Shown here: positions 31,714 through 39,926 of the stretch, piece after piece | Layout: each line of letters begins with the position of its first letter | How positions within the stretch are numbered: the first letter of the stretch is position 1 | NCBI GenBank assembly: GCA_964631685.1 | Contig: CAZVZU010000001.1 | Coordinates: forward strand, 224,001 to 288,000 | DNA length: 64,000 nucleotides | DNA from: an uncultured Actinomycetes bacterium | GTDB taxonomy: Bacteria > SZUA-79 > Acidulodesulfobacterales > Acidulodesulfobacteraceae | Direction: 5' to 3' | The notes under the pieces: generated by a model | Told to the model about the DNA's origin: nothing | Databases searched by the model: none | What the model saw: only the letters and a program-made list of their open reading frames with translations | Program-made: the position numbers and the translations under genes

Positions 31714-31723
31714 TAAATATATT

Positions 31724-31751
31724 ATGTCCCATAATGAACATTATGTAAACT
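31724..31751 (+). other. dif-like XerC/XerD chromosome dimer resolution site
   Basis: ATGTCCCATAA-TGAACA-TTATGTAAACT has the 11-6-11 layout of E. coli dif (GGTGCGCATAA-TGTATA-TTATGTTAAAT); intergenic and at the gene-strand switch. Confidence 0.85.
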
Positions 31752-31877
31752 ACTTAGTACTTTTCTTTTAAATGAGATTTGCCCGGGATTTCTAATGGAA
31801 TGACTTTAGGACGCAACCTGCAAAAATTATTTAAATCAGTGTCTCTCTGTTAAAAGTATGAATAGAGAAATTTTAGA

Positions 31878-32291
31878 TCAGTTGGTTTGCACTATTACCC
31901 AAGACGATGAACCGTCAGGTTGCACATTGACGTGTTCACCTGGATATAGGCAATGAAAGTTACTCATTTTATGCGTATTTTGAATGGTAATTATCTTACC
32001 AGACTGTAGCTCAATCTCATTATAGCAGTGACTGAGACCTTGGCTATCAGGCTTGCAGTTGGAATCGGTTCTTACGATACCAGTAGCAGGATCTAGGAGT
32101 TTACTACCCCGGACAATCGGCACGAAATAGCGTCCCGCCTCACCATTCATATACCAAGAAATAGGTCCATGGACGCCTTTGGGTAACTTTGGCGCCCATG
32201 CCTGTGCAAATAATGGAAGTCCTATTATAAAAAATACAAGTATTATGATAACCGTCAGAAACTTTTTCCAATCTATATTGTACAAATTCAT
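31878..32291 (-). CDS. Secreted hypothetical protein with a Cys/His/Met cluster
   Basis: Signal peptide (AQA), RBS AAGGAG, own promoter-like TTGACA-16-CATACT at 32356-32329. Confidence 0.7.
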   Translation of the reverse strand: MNLYNIDWKKFLTVIIILVFFIIGLPLFAQAWAPKLPKGVHGPISWYMNGEAGRYFVPIVRGSKLLDPATGIVRTDSNCKPDSQGLSHCYNEIELQSGKIITIQNTHKMSNFHCLYPGEHVNVQPDGSSSWVIVQTN

Positions 32292-32472
32292 GATTTCTCC
32301 TTAATTAAAAACAACATTTGATTTGACTAGTATGCCATATTGAACACTATTGTCAATAAATTTACACATCCAAAAATACTATCCTGAAGCCTTCAAAATT
32401 ACTCCTGCGGATTTTTCCTTTAATTCCATGGAGCATTAATGCCTTCACGACCGGCGTTTATTTGCCATATAG

Positions 32473-33927
32473 TTATTCTTTTACAATCTCTGAAGGCTTA
32501 GACAACACACGTCTATTTTTGAATTCATTTGGTCCTATTGTCATATACCTTGTCTTTTTATCTAGAGGCTTTTGGCTAAAATCGAGCATTGTCTTTAGCT
32601 CCCTCATTCTTTGATTATCCCAGAGGTTTTGATGTGAATCTTTCAGCGCCTCTAAGACATAATGTTCAAATGCCTTCTTGTATTCGGATTTATCCGTCTC
32701 TGCAATCGGTATCTCCCATTCAGCAAAAAGATTTGTGTAGCGATTTGTTCTGTCTGAAATAAAGAGGTTTGATGTAATAGCCACAGAACCTAAACCCAGT
32801 GGCTTACCCATGCCAAGCTTATGACAACAACCTTCAGGCAAATCAATAGCAAAAAGTAAAGCACCAAGTTCAACAGCGGAGAGATTTTCAAATCTAATTT
32901 TGCCCGTGAAGATTATATCCGCCTTAACTGGGTTAATTTTGTTATCAGTATCTTCATTAAAGCTTGCCTGGTTTTTATTTGCCCAGTTTCTTCCAGATTT
33001 ATGCCAGTATAATTTATTTCCCCTTATATTGTTGTCCGAGTTGTAAAGGACAAACTTTTTATGGGGATCATTAAAATTATTTTTGTTCTGCTCTAAATAA
33101 TGCTGAAATAAAGTGGGCTTCGGTTCGAGCAGGGTTATGACCTTTTCACCCTCATAGTCTATGTCAGATTGATTACAAAATGCATCTTCAAAAAATACCC
33201 TGCCGGCAAAGGTTCTTTCATTGCCAAATATTGCATCCGCAAGGTCAATCTTTGTTTCGTCCTTTAAGGATTGAGGAATATGCTCTCCAATTGTCTTTTT
33301 GTACGATGGAACTCCATCTGGATATCTAGAATCTTCGCCGAGGCTTGACGTGTCCGCGACTGCCCTAAAATATAGTCTCTTATCATCAAAGAACCCGAAT
33401 TTCCCAAAACTCACAATCTCAACCATTGTTCGCGTCATACCTCTAATGGAGCTACCAGGAATGCGTATCTTATCAGCAGTAATATATATATTTTGTTCTC
33501 TGTCTTTTTCTTTTTTCCCCCTTATCCTATTTTCCGTTAAAGTATTCCTGATATACAGCGGGGTCTTTGTCTTAATGCACAAATCTATGTAGCCGGTGAA
33601 CCTGCCTTTTCGGTATGTGTCAAAGCTACATAGCTCTTCTGCTTTTAAGGCAGTGTCATTTAAAGGAATAAAATTGTATGGCGCGCATGCTCGTAGTTGC
33701 TGTACTCCATGTTTTTTGCAATTTGAATATATGATTTCTCCTTTCAGTAGCATTTTAATAATCTGCCCATTGTCCCTTTCTGTATCCACTTCTTTGCCGT
33801 TTAATGACTCGATATCTTTATGACTAAAATTTTGAATAGTCATTTTTTTACCAGTATCAATAAATAATGCTTCGGTTACAAAGGCACCGGATTTGCTCTT
33901 GGTTATTTTTAATGTAGCTTTGTCCAT
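32473..33927 (-). CDS. TIGR03986-family CRISPR type III-D Cas7-like RAMP protein lacking the usual large insertion
   Basis: APYNFIPL, G.I...KTKTPLYIR, IPGSSIRGM.R..VEIVSFG, DLADAIFG, GRVFFEDA, L..PKPT...HYL, RGNKLYWH, IRFENLS.VELGALL, HKLGMGKPLGLGS. Confidence 0.88.
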   Translation of the reverse strand: MDKATLKITKSKSGAFVTEALFIDTGKKMTIQNFSHKDIESLNGKEVDTERDNGQIIKMLLKGEIIYSNCKKHGVQQLRACAPYNFIPLNDTALKAEELCSFDTYRKGRFTGYIDLCIKTKTPLYIRNTLTENRIRGKKEKDREQNIYITADKIRIPGSSIRGMTRTMVEIVSFGKFGFFDDKRLYFRAVADTSSLGEDSRYPDGVPSYKKTIGEHIPQSLKDETKIDLADAIFGNERTFAGRVFFEDAFCNQSDIDYEGEKVITLLEPKPTLFQHYLEQNKNNFNDPHKKFVLYNSDNNIRGNKLYWHKSGRNWANKNQASFNEDTDNKINPVKADIIFTGKIRFENLSAVELGALLFAIDLPEGCCHKLGMGKPLGLGSVAITSNLFISDRTNRYTNLFAEWEIPIAETDKSEYKKAFEHYVLEALKDSHQNLWDNQRMRELKTMLDFSQKPLDKKTRYMTIGPNEFKNRRVLSKPSEIVKE

Positions 33928-34020
33928 TTTATTCCCTCCCAAGCAGACTCTCCTCCCAATGATTTTTCTTTTTTTTCACTCACTAAATTTCAAAATTGCA
34001 AACAATCATCTTCACCTTAA

Positions 34021-35082
34021 TTAAAAATGATATTTGATTTCATTGGTATACATTAGATCTTTGTAAACCCCGTCTTCATACTGAGTAAGCATTATTTTCC
34101 AATAATTGTGAATTGCTACGCCTAGCATTAGACCGATTGAAATAGGCATGCTATAGACTAGTTTGACTTCTTCGTATTTTATTTGCAGTTCATTAAGTTC
34201 CTTGAATATTTCCCTGACATACTGTCCCCAATCTTCATCCATGCCCAACGTTCCGCTATTATTTTTTGCTTTCAGATAAAAAATATCGCCATAATTTTTT
34301 ATCTGAGACTGATCTAAATTTATTTTATGACTTGATATATCCACAGCAAGGGTAGCTTTTTTGTTAGTACCTTGATTTTGAATAGATGTCTTCAAGTCAA
34401 ACTTTACTAAAGATTCAACATTTTCTTTAATTGTTCTATCTTTGATCTCGTAAATTTTATTATATCCGTTAGCGGATTTATCATATTGCAATACCATTAT
34501 GGCACTGTTCGCAAATATAGCTCCTACGAGGATCGCTACACTGACTGGTCCAATATAGATAATATAAAACTCATCTTTGGCGGGAATTTTATGTTCAAGT
34601 TTTTCTATGTCATGTCTCGATATTTTTAAAAAATCCTTCAACTTTTCTTTATTTTCTATATCCCCTTTAAATTCGAATATAAGATCGTCATCCTTTATAT
34701 GGAACATCTGTTCCAGATTCTCTTTGTGATGTTTATATTCGCTACTATCATCCCCTATCAGAGAAAAAACCCGGCCTATTGCATTTTTGGAATCAGCAGG
34801 ATTGGCTACATTAATAACTATAGGGATTGGAATAAAGTCGCGGCGATATACTTTAAATTTGCCATATTCTTGAAATCCCGCATAAAATAAACCAATAATA
34901 AATACGGCAAAACTTGCCCAAAATATTAATGAATAGCCTAATGTTATTCCTACAGCTGAAATAATTGCAAACACGGTCGTAACGATCTGAAGGTACTTAT
35001 TTTCTACAATCGCGCCTATAAATTTATCTAATCGAAACGACTGAAGTTTATTATACCCTCTGTTTTTAGCGGACAAATCCAT
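34021..35082 (-). CDS. Two-TM + SAVED domain cyclic-oligonucleotide sensor/effector
   Basis: Two N-terminal hydrophobic helices; tandem CARF-like halves IYIGPVSVAILVG and LVYSMPISIGLMLG...IMLTQYEDGVY; DISSH motif. Confidence 0.72.
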   Translation of the reverse strand: MDLSAKNRGYNKLQSFRLDKFIGAIVENKYLQIVTTVFAIISAVGITLGYSLIFWASFAVFIIGLFYAGFQEYGKFKVYRRDFIPIPIVINVANPADSKNAIGRVFSLIGDDSSEYKHHKENLEQMFHIKDDDLIFEFKGDIENKEKLKDFLKISRHDIEKLEHKIPAKDEFYIIYIGPVSVAILVGAIFANSAIMVLQYDKSANGYNKIYEIKDRTIKENVESLVKFDLKTSIQNQGTNKKATLAVDISSHKINLDQSQIKNYGDIFYLKAKNNSGTLGMDEDWGQYVREIFKELNELQIKYEEVKLVYSMPISIGLMLGVAIHNYWKIMLTQYEDGVYKDLMYTNEIKYHF

Positions 35083-35192
35083 TTCTTCCTCATTTTTGGT
35101 TATTTGGACAGATGCTACCCTCTTGAATATTCTTAATCAAAAGGACTACCACTAGCTTACAACTTTTGTTTTGTACTTAGCAAGAAAATATT

Positions 35193-35459
35193 TTAGATGT
35201 TCTTTAATTTTAATTTTATGCTGCGTAATATTTTGTAAGCCTCAACCTTTTGCGGAGTCATGCACGATATAGCAAAATGGGTATATTCGGAATATTTTTC
35301 TATATTGTCCATATCAAAATCATTTTCTATCGTTGAATCAATTCCGATTGACAGCATATAAGACTGCAATGACATTATACCTATTGGAGGCATAACCCTG
35401 TCGGAATCTAAGAAAGTGTCACGAAGTGATATTAGGAGAAGTTTTTTATTACTATTCAT
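35193..35459 (-). pseudogene. Truncated N-terminal fragment of a B12-binding radical SAM protein
   Basis: PPIGIMSLQSY..., AISCMTPQ...AY cobalamin-binding domain start; ends at 88 aa with no CxxxCxxC domain. Confidence 0.7.
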
Positions 35460-35488
35460 TAATGTATAAGATTATATTAATATTTTTG

Positions 35489-37051
35489 TTATGCGGTTCT
35501 ACCCTCGTTGCTACCATAAATTATGTAATGATAAAATGGGTTCATTCTGCTTTCTTTTACATCTTTGTATTTATCTATATATTTTTTGGTATCAAACCAT
35601 TCGTTGGGTCTTCTTCCCTCATTTGCTCCAAATTTTACATAATGAATAATCGGATCCATTCCGCTTAACGCCACGTCAGCATAGGTAGTTCTATAAAATA
35701 AAACATCAAAAAGCCCACTGGTTCTAATCTTATTAATAACATCTTCTTCATTGCCTGTCGAAACAGGAGCATCACATTTATGAATATCAGAGCGATATGG
35801 TGATTTTTCCATGAAATAAATGCCTAAAAGTACAGTCTTATCGCTATTATAATAATTTTTTACGTTTAATAAACTAAAACCGTCTCTTAAGCACGTAGCC
35901 TTTGTGTTGAAGAACAGGGTATCGTCATCATTCTCTCTATCACTAGAAAAAATATATATACAACCCGGGTTAAACACATAATTAAATAAATTTTGCTTGA
36001 ATTCAGCGGACACCGTTTTATTTTTTATGAGAATAATCCAATCGTTTTTTTTAAAAATTTTACGCAATTCACTCATATCATTTTTATTTTCTTCCAATTT
36101 AAGAAAAGGTATTGAATATTTTTGCGTAACATCCAAAAGATTATTCTGCGAAATTATACATGAAGGCGGTATGTCGTTTTTGACATTTTTTTCAATAATA
36201 TCTTCAGTTTGGTTCCTTTCAAAATCTTTGGAAATATATAATAATATATCAACCGATTTTGGATTCAAACTCATGTTTGTATCATTAATTCTTAGCCTAT
36301 CATCGTTTAAATAACAGCAACCTTTATCGTATTTATTTAAAGAATAGTTTGTTGTTTTGAAATCACTGAATAATCCTATTTCTTGTGTTTTTAGCTCATA
36401 AATAAACTGATAAACTTCACCCCATGGAAGCTCTGAAATAAAACTTCCTATTTCTTGCGGAAAATCACTGTAACTATAATTAAACTCTGTATTTTCAGGT
36501 TTTTCATAAGTCCCTGTTTCATATGCAATGAAATAATTATTATTAGAAATAATCTTATCAAAAGTTTTTTTAGTAAAAAATCTTATGTGCGTATCATCAA
36601 GCAAACCGATTGGCGAATAATTAAACTCATTTTTCATAAGTCCCAATAATATAGAATTATGAGCTATATTAGGAATAGATATTAATACACTTCCATCATC
36701 TTTTAAGAATGATTTTACACCTTGTATTACTTTTTCCGGATAATAAAGGTGTTCTAATACATCAGCAAAAATTATATAGTCAAACTTTAAATCTTTAAAT
36801 TTATTTTGCCAACTATAATCTTCGATATTTCCTACAACTATACCTTCTGTGTATCGTTGAGCATCTTTTGCAGAATTTTCATCTATTTCTACGGCATAAA
36901 CTTTACATTTTAGATTTTCTTTCATATATTTTGTCATACGACCATTGGCTGGACCAAATTCTAAAATAGTACTATTTGGCCTGATTCTATCTATAAGTAA
37001 AGAAAGACTATTTCTGCTTTCTAAGTCTAACCCAAAATTATATTTGCTCAT
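35489..37051 (-). CDS. Class I SAM methyltransferase with C-terminal glycosylation-associated repeats
   Basis: LEFGPANG, FDYIIFADVLEHL..P, SIPNIAH, GLLDDTHIRFFT; C-terminal FD..FY...Y.DV...MDP..HY...G..EGR repeated twice. Confidence 0.8.
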   Translation of the reverse strand: MSKYNFGLDLESRNSLSLLIDRIRPNSTILEFGPANGRMTKYMKENLKCKVYAVEIDENSAKDAQRYTEGIVVGNIEDYSWQNKFKDLKFDYIIFADVLEHLYYPEKVIQGVKSFLKDDGSVLISIPNIAHNSILLGLMKNEFNYSPIGLLDDTHIRFFTKKTFDKIISNNNYFIAYETGTYEKPENTEFNYSYSDFPQEIGSFISELPWGEVYQFIYELKTQEIGLFSDFKTTNYSLNKYDKGCCYLNDDRLRINDTNMSLNPKSVDILLYISKDFERNQTEDIIEKNVKNDIPPSCIISQNNLLDVTQKYSIPFLKLEENKNDMSELRKIFKKNDWIILIKNKTVSAEFKQNLFNYVFNPGCIYIFSSDRENDDDTLFFNTKATCLRDGFSLLNVKNYYNSDKTVLLGIYFMEKSPYRSDIHKCDAPVSTGNEEDVINKIRTSGLFDVLFYRTTYADVALSGMDPIIHYVKFGANEGRRPNEWFDTKKYIDKYKDVKESRMNPFYHYIIYGSNEGRTA

Positions 37052-37402
37052 ATGTAAACTCCACTTCATCTTAATATAAAGTCACAATACATCCATTAAT
37101 GTTATCTGACGACATTACATTAATAGTTATTGCCTCATATATTCAATGTTGTCGTATATGATTTAACTATATGCCTTCTGATAATGCAACCGTAACGACA
37201 TATTCTTTGCTTAAACTATCTTTAAAAGCACACCGATAGTAATATCGTTTAAATCAACAGTAGCACGAAATTGACATGCTATGCAACATATGTTCCTTAT
37301 ATTTTAGTTTATCGTTTCCGCTGTGATAAAAGCCAATGACCAATACTAAAGGCCGTATTTCTTGTTTGTAAAATTCCATAGATTACCACTTAATATTAAA
37401 TC

Positions 37403-39898
37403 CTATTTAAGTCTTTTGAGCATCCTTTCTATTTCTAATTTTTTCCTATAAACCTTTATATTTAACCTATCATAGGCTAAAAGTTCATTGCATAAGTCAC
37501 GCGCCTGTCCATACTTCCCGCCATCCAAGAAGAAATCAATTATATTTTCCGATGCCCTAAGCCAACTGATGTAAAAATATTGCATAGTCAAAGTCTTATC
37601 GTCTATAAGTATTTTCATATTACAATTTTCTGCGGCAATATTATTATCATATGAATACTTAAACTTCCATTTACTCGACAAATTAAAGGCATTCTGCGCG
37701 TCATTTTTCATCCTTCCTTCCGTCTTTTCTTCGAAATGAATAAGGATACTTCGCGGATTAAATATTATCCTTTTCTTGACTTCTATTAATTTTAGACACA
37801 AATCCACATCCTCAAAACCATTTTCATATATCTCATCGAACAAATTCATGGAAAAAAACAATTCCTTTTTTAAAAGAATAGAAGCGGCTGTTACGGCATT
37901 ATGATCTGCGTAAACCATCGTATTTTTAGCTAATAAATCCTTGCATTCAAATATATCCATTCCTCTGTACGGATGATACGGGTAACACTCCTCATTATTA
38001 TTTGCAAAAACGACCCCAGCGTGCTGAATTTTTCCATCAGGATAGAGTAGTAAAGAGCCCACTGCCCCACACTTATTGCCTTCTTTTATGGCAGTACTGA
38101 CCAATTCATCAATAGCCCCTTTAAAAACGATAATATCATTATTTAAAAAATGCAGATATTTGCCCCTGCTTGCCCTAGCACCCTGATTGCTAGCTTTGGC
38201 ATAACCCATGTTTTTATCGTTATTAATTACAATAAAATTATCCAAACCATTCAATGTTTCCAGATAGGCTTTAGTACCGTCGGTAGAGCCGTTATTTATG
38301 ACTACTACTTCAAAATTAGACAAGGGATGATTTTTAAATATGGAGTTTAGACAATTCTTAGTATATTGCAGATTATTAAACACGGGAATAATTATAGAAA
38401 CATCAAAATTACACCCGGTATTCTGATTTATTCTCGCATAGTTAGTCTTACCACTCGCCACGTCATATGCCGGAAGATATAGTCCGTCCGCCAATTCAAA
38501 CATAAAACCGGAACCTGCATAAAAAGAGGATAGATTTACTATAGACGCAAGCATTTTTAACGAAAGTCCGCTATTTTCTCCTCCCTTAAAATCGTAATCT
38601 AATACCTTAAGACTCTTTTGATTAAAGTAAGGAAAATCTTTTCTGATTAGATCTAAAATTAAGCCCCGGTCTTCTTTTTTTATATATCCAGAATCTAACA
38701 TAACAAAGGATTCGTTTATATTTATGCCGTAATCCTTTAAGAATACATAGGCATCGGATACATCGCTATTATCAAAAAATATATCAGGTTTACCGCTATC
38801 TATATGTTTTAGCGGATAGTCTATCTCTGGAAAATTATCTGTATTTTTTATATTAATAACATAATCAACCAACTCTTCGGGCATAACATCGCTTAAATAT
38901 TTTAAATGAATATTATTTCTAAAAAAATCTTGATTTTCATTGACAACAAGCAACAAATTCCATTTATTAAAGGCATTATGAATATTTCTTATAAAAATGT
39001 TAAAATTTAGCAAATCCTTAAATTTACTAGAATCTATTGTGAGTAATACCCTCTTGCTCTGACTTGCAATCTCTTTCAATCCCGGTTTAATAGCATCTAT
39101 TTTAAGTTTTCCGGCAACATATTCTCCTATCCTTACCCTCGAAAATACGTTCATAAAACCGCAATACTCAAGATATGCCTTTAAGAGTTCCGGCGAATAA
39201 ATCGTGTTTGATTGCTTACTCTTTAAAAAATAATCCAATATATTTTCAGGCGAAAAAAAATTATAGCAATCGTCTGAATGTTTTTTTATATTTTTTTCTA
39301 ATTCTGCAATCTCTTTAGTGAAACTAACGGGTATATTCCCTGATTTTTGATAATGCTTATAAAAATTAATATAAAAAGGGACATCTTCACAGTCGATGGC
39401 AAGCTTGCCGCCACAAGCGAGTATCCTGAAAAATTCTTTAAAAATAAGTTCATTTTCACTATAATCTAGCCATTCTATGATGTTACTTATCGTTATCTCA
39501 TTTAAAACATTCGACGGGAGAGATAAGAGACAAGCTCTAAGATGAGAAAAATCTATTTTTTTGCTCACGCTATCTATTTGTTTACCTTTTGTACCGTCTA
39601 TATCAAGCGACAACCCTTCCCTGTCAAATTTAAATAATTGCCGATCGCCCCATCTATCCATAACCCTATCAACAGCATCTGCCGCAACCTTAGTGGATGC
39701 CAAATCTAATATCAGGCCTTCCTGTTCCTGGATCAATCCGGTTATCAGTATATCGTTTTCTAAAAGACTTTTCTCAAAAAATTCATACTTGACATAATCG
39801 GCAGTAATTTTCTCTCTCACGATATTATCGCGCAATAGACGCATGCTTATATCTTTTACAGCTTTTTTAATCTTTTCATTACTAGATATATCCATCAT
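37403..39898 (-). CDS. Multidomain glycosyltransferase with a C-terminal GT2 domain
   Basis: VSIIIPVFNN, NNGSTDGT, N.GYA.A.NQGA, FLNND, IQHAG, GFEDVDLCL; degenerate methyltransferase-like and GT9-like N-terminal parts. Confidence 0.82.
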   Translation of the reverse strand: MMDISSNEKIKKAVKDISMRLLRDNIVREKITADYVKYEFFEKSLLENDILITGLIQEQEGLILDLASTKVAADAVDRVMDRWGDRQLFKFDREGLSLDIDGTKGKQIDSVSKKIDFSHLRACLLSLPSNVLNEITISNIIEWLDYSENELIFKEFFRILACGGKLAIDCEDVPFYINFYKHYQKSGNIPVSFTKEIAELEKNIKKHSDDCYNFFSPENILDYFLKSKQSNTIYSPELLKAYLEYCGFMNVFSRVRIGEYVAGKLKIDAIKPGLKEIASQSKRVLLTIDSSKFKDLLNFNIFIRNIHNAFNKWNLLLVVNENQDFFRNNIHLKYLSDVMPEELVDYVINIKNTDNFPEIDYPLKHIDSGKPDIFFDNSDVSDAYVFLKDYGININESFVMLDSGYIKKEDRGLILDLIRKDFPYFNQKSLKVLDYDFKGGENSGLSLKMLASIVNLSSFYAGSGFMFELADGLYLPAYDVASGKTNYARINQNTGCNFDVSIIIPVFNNLQYTKNCLNSIFKNHPLSNFEVVVINNGSTDGTKAYLETLNGLDNFIVINNDKNMGYAKASNQGARASRGKYLHFLNNDIIVFKGAIDELVSTAIKEGNKCGAVGSLLLYPDGKIQHAGVVFANNNEECYPYHPYRGMDIFECKDLLAKNTMVYADHNAVTAASILLKKELFFSMNLFDEIYENGFEDVDLCLKLIEVKKRIIFNPRSILIHFEEKTEGRMKNDAQNAFNLSSKWKFKYSYDNNIAAENCNMKILIDDKTLTMQYFYISWLRASENIIDFFLDGGKYGQARDLCNELLAYDRLNIKVYRKKLEIERMLKRLK

Positions 39899-39926
39899 TA
39901 GACAAAAACACCATTACAATTTTATA

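Noticed and set aside
32292..32472. Possible crRNA-like repeat downstream of the RAMP gene
   Set aside because: Only short palindromes (TGAAGCCTTCA, TCCATGGA, GCATTAATGC), with no recurrence or repeat-spacer pattern
33928..34020. Possible csx19 remnant between SAVED and the RAMP
   Set aside because: Too short and no convincing motif; cannot be supported without alignment
35083..35192. Second dif/att site or structured RNA upstream of SAVED
   Set aside because: No CATAA-N6-TTATG pattern; only one imperfect hairpin
35426..36649. Plus-strand ORFs here and other 60-140 aa antisense ORFs in the track
   Set aside because: They lie antisense or out of frame within well-supported genes and have no motifs
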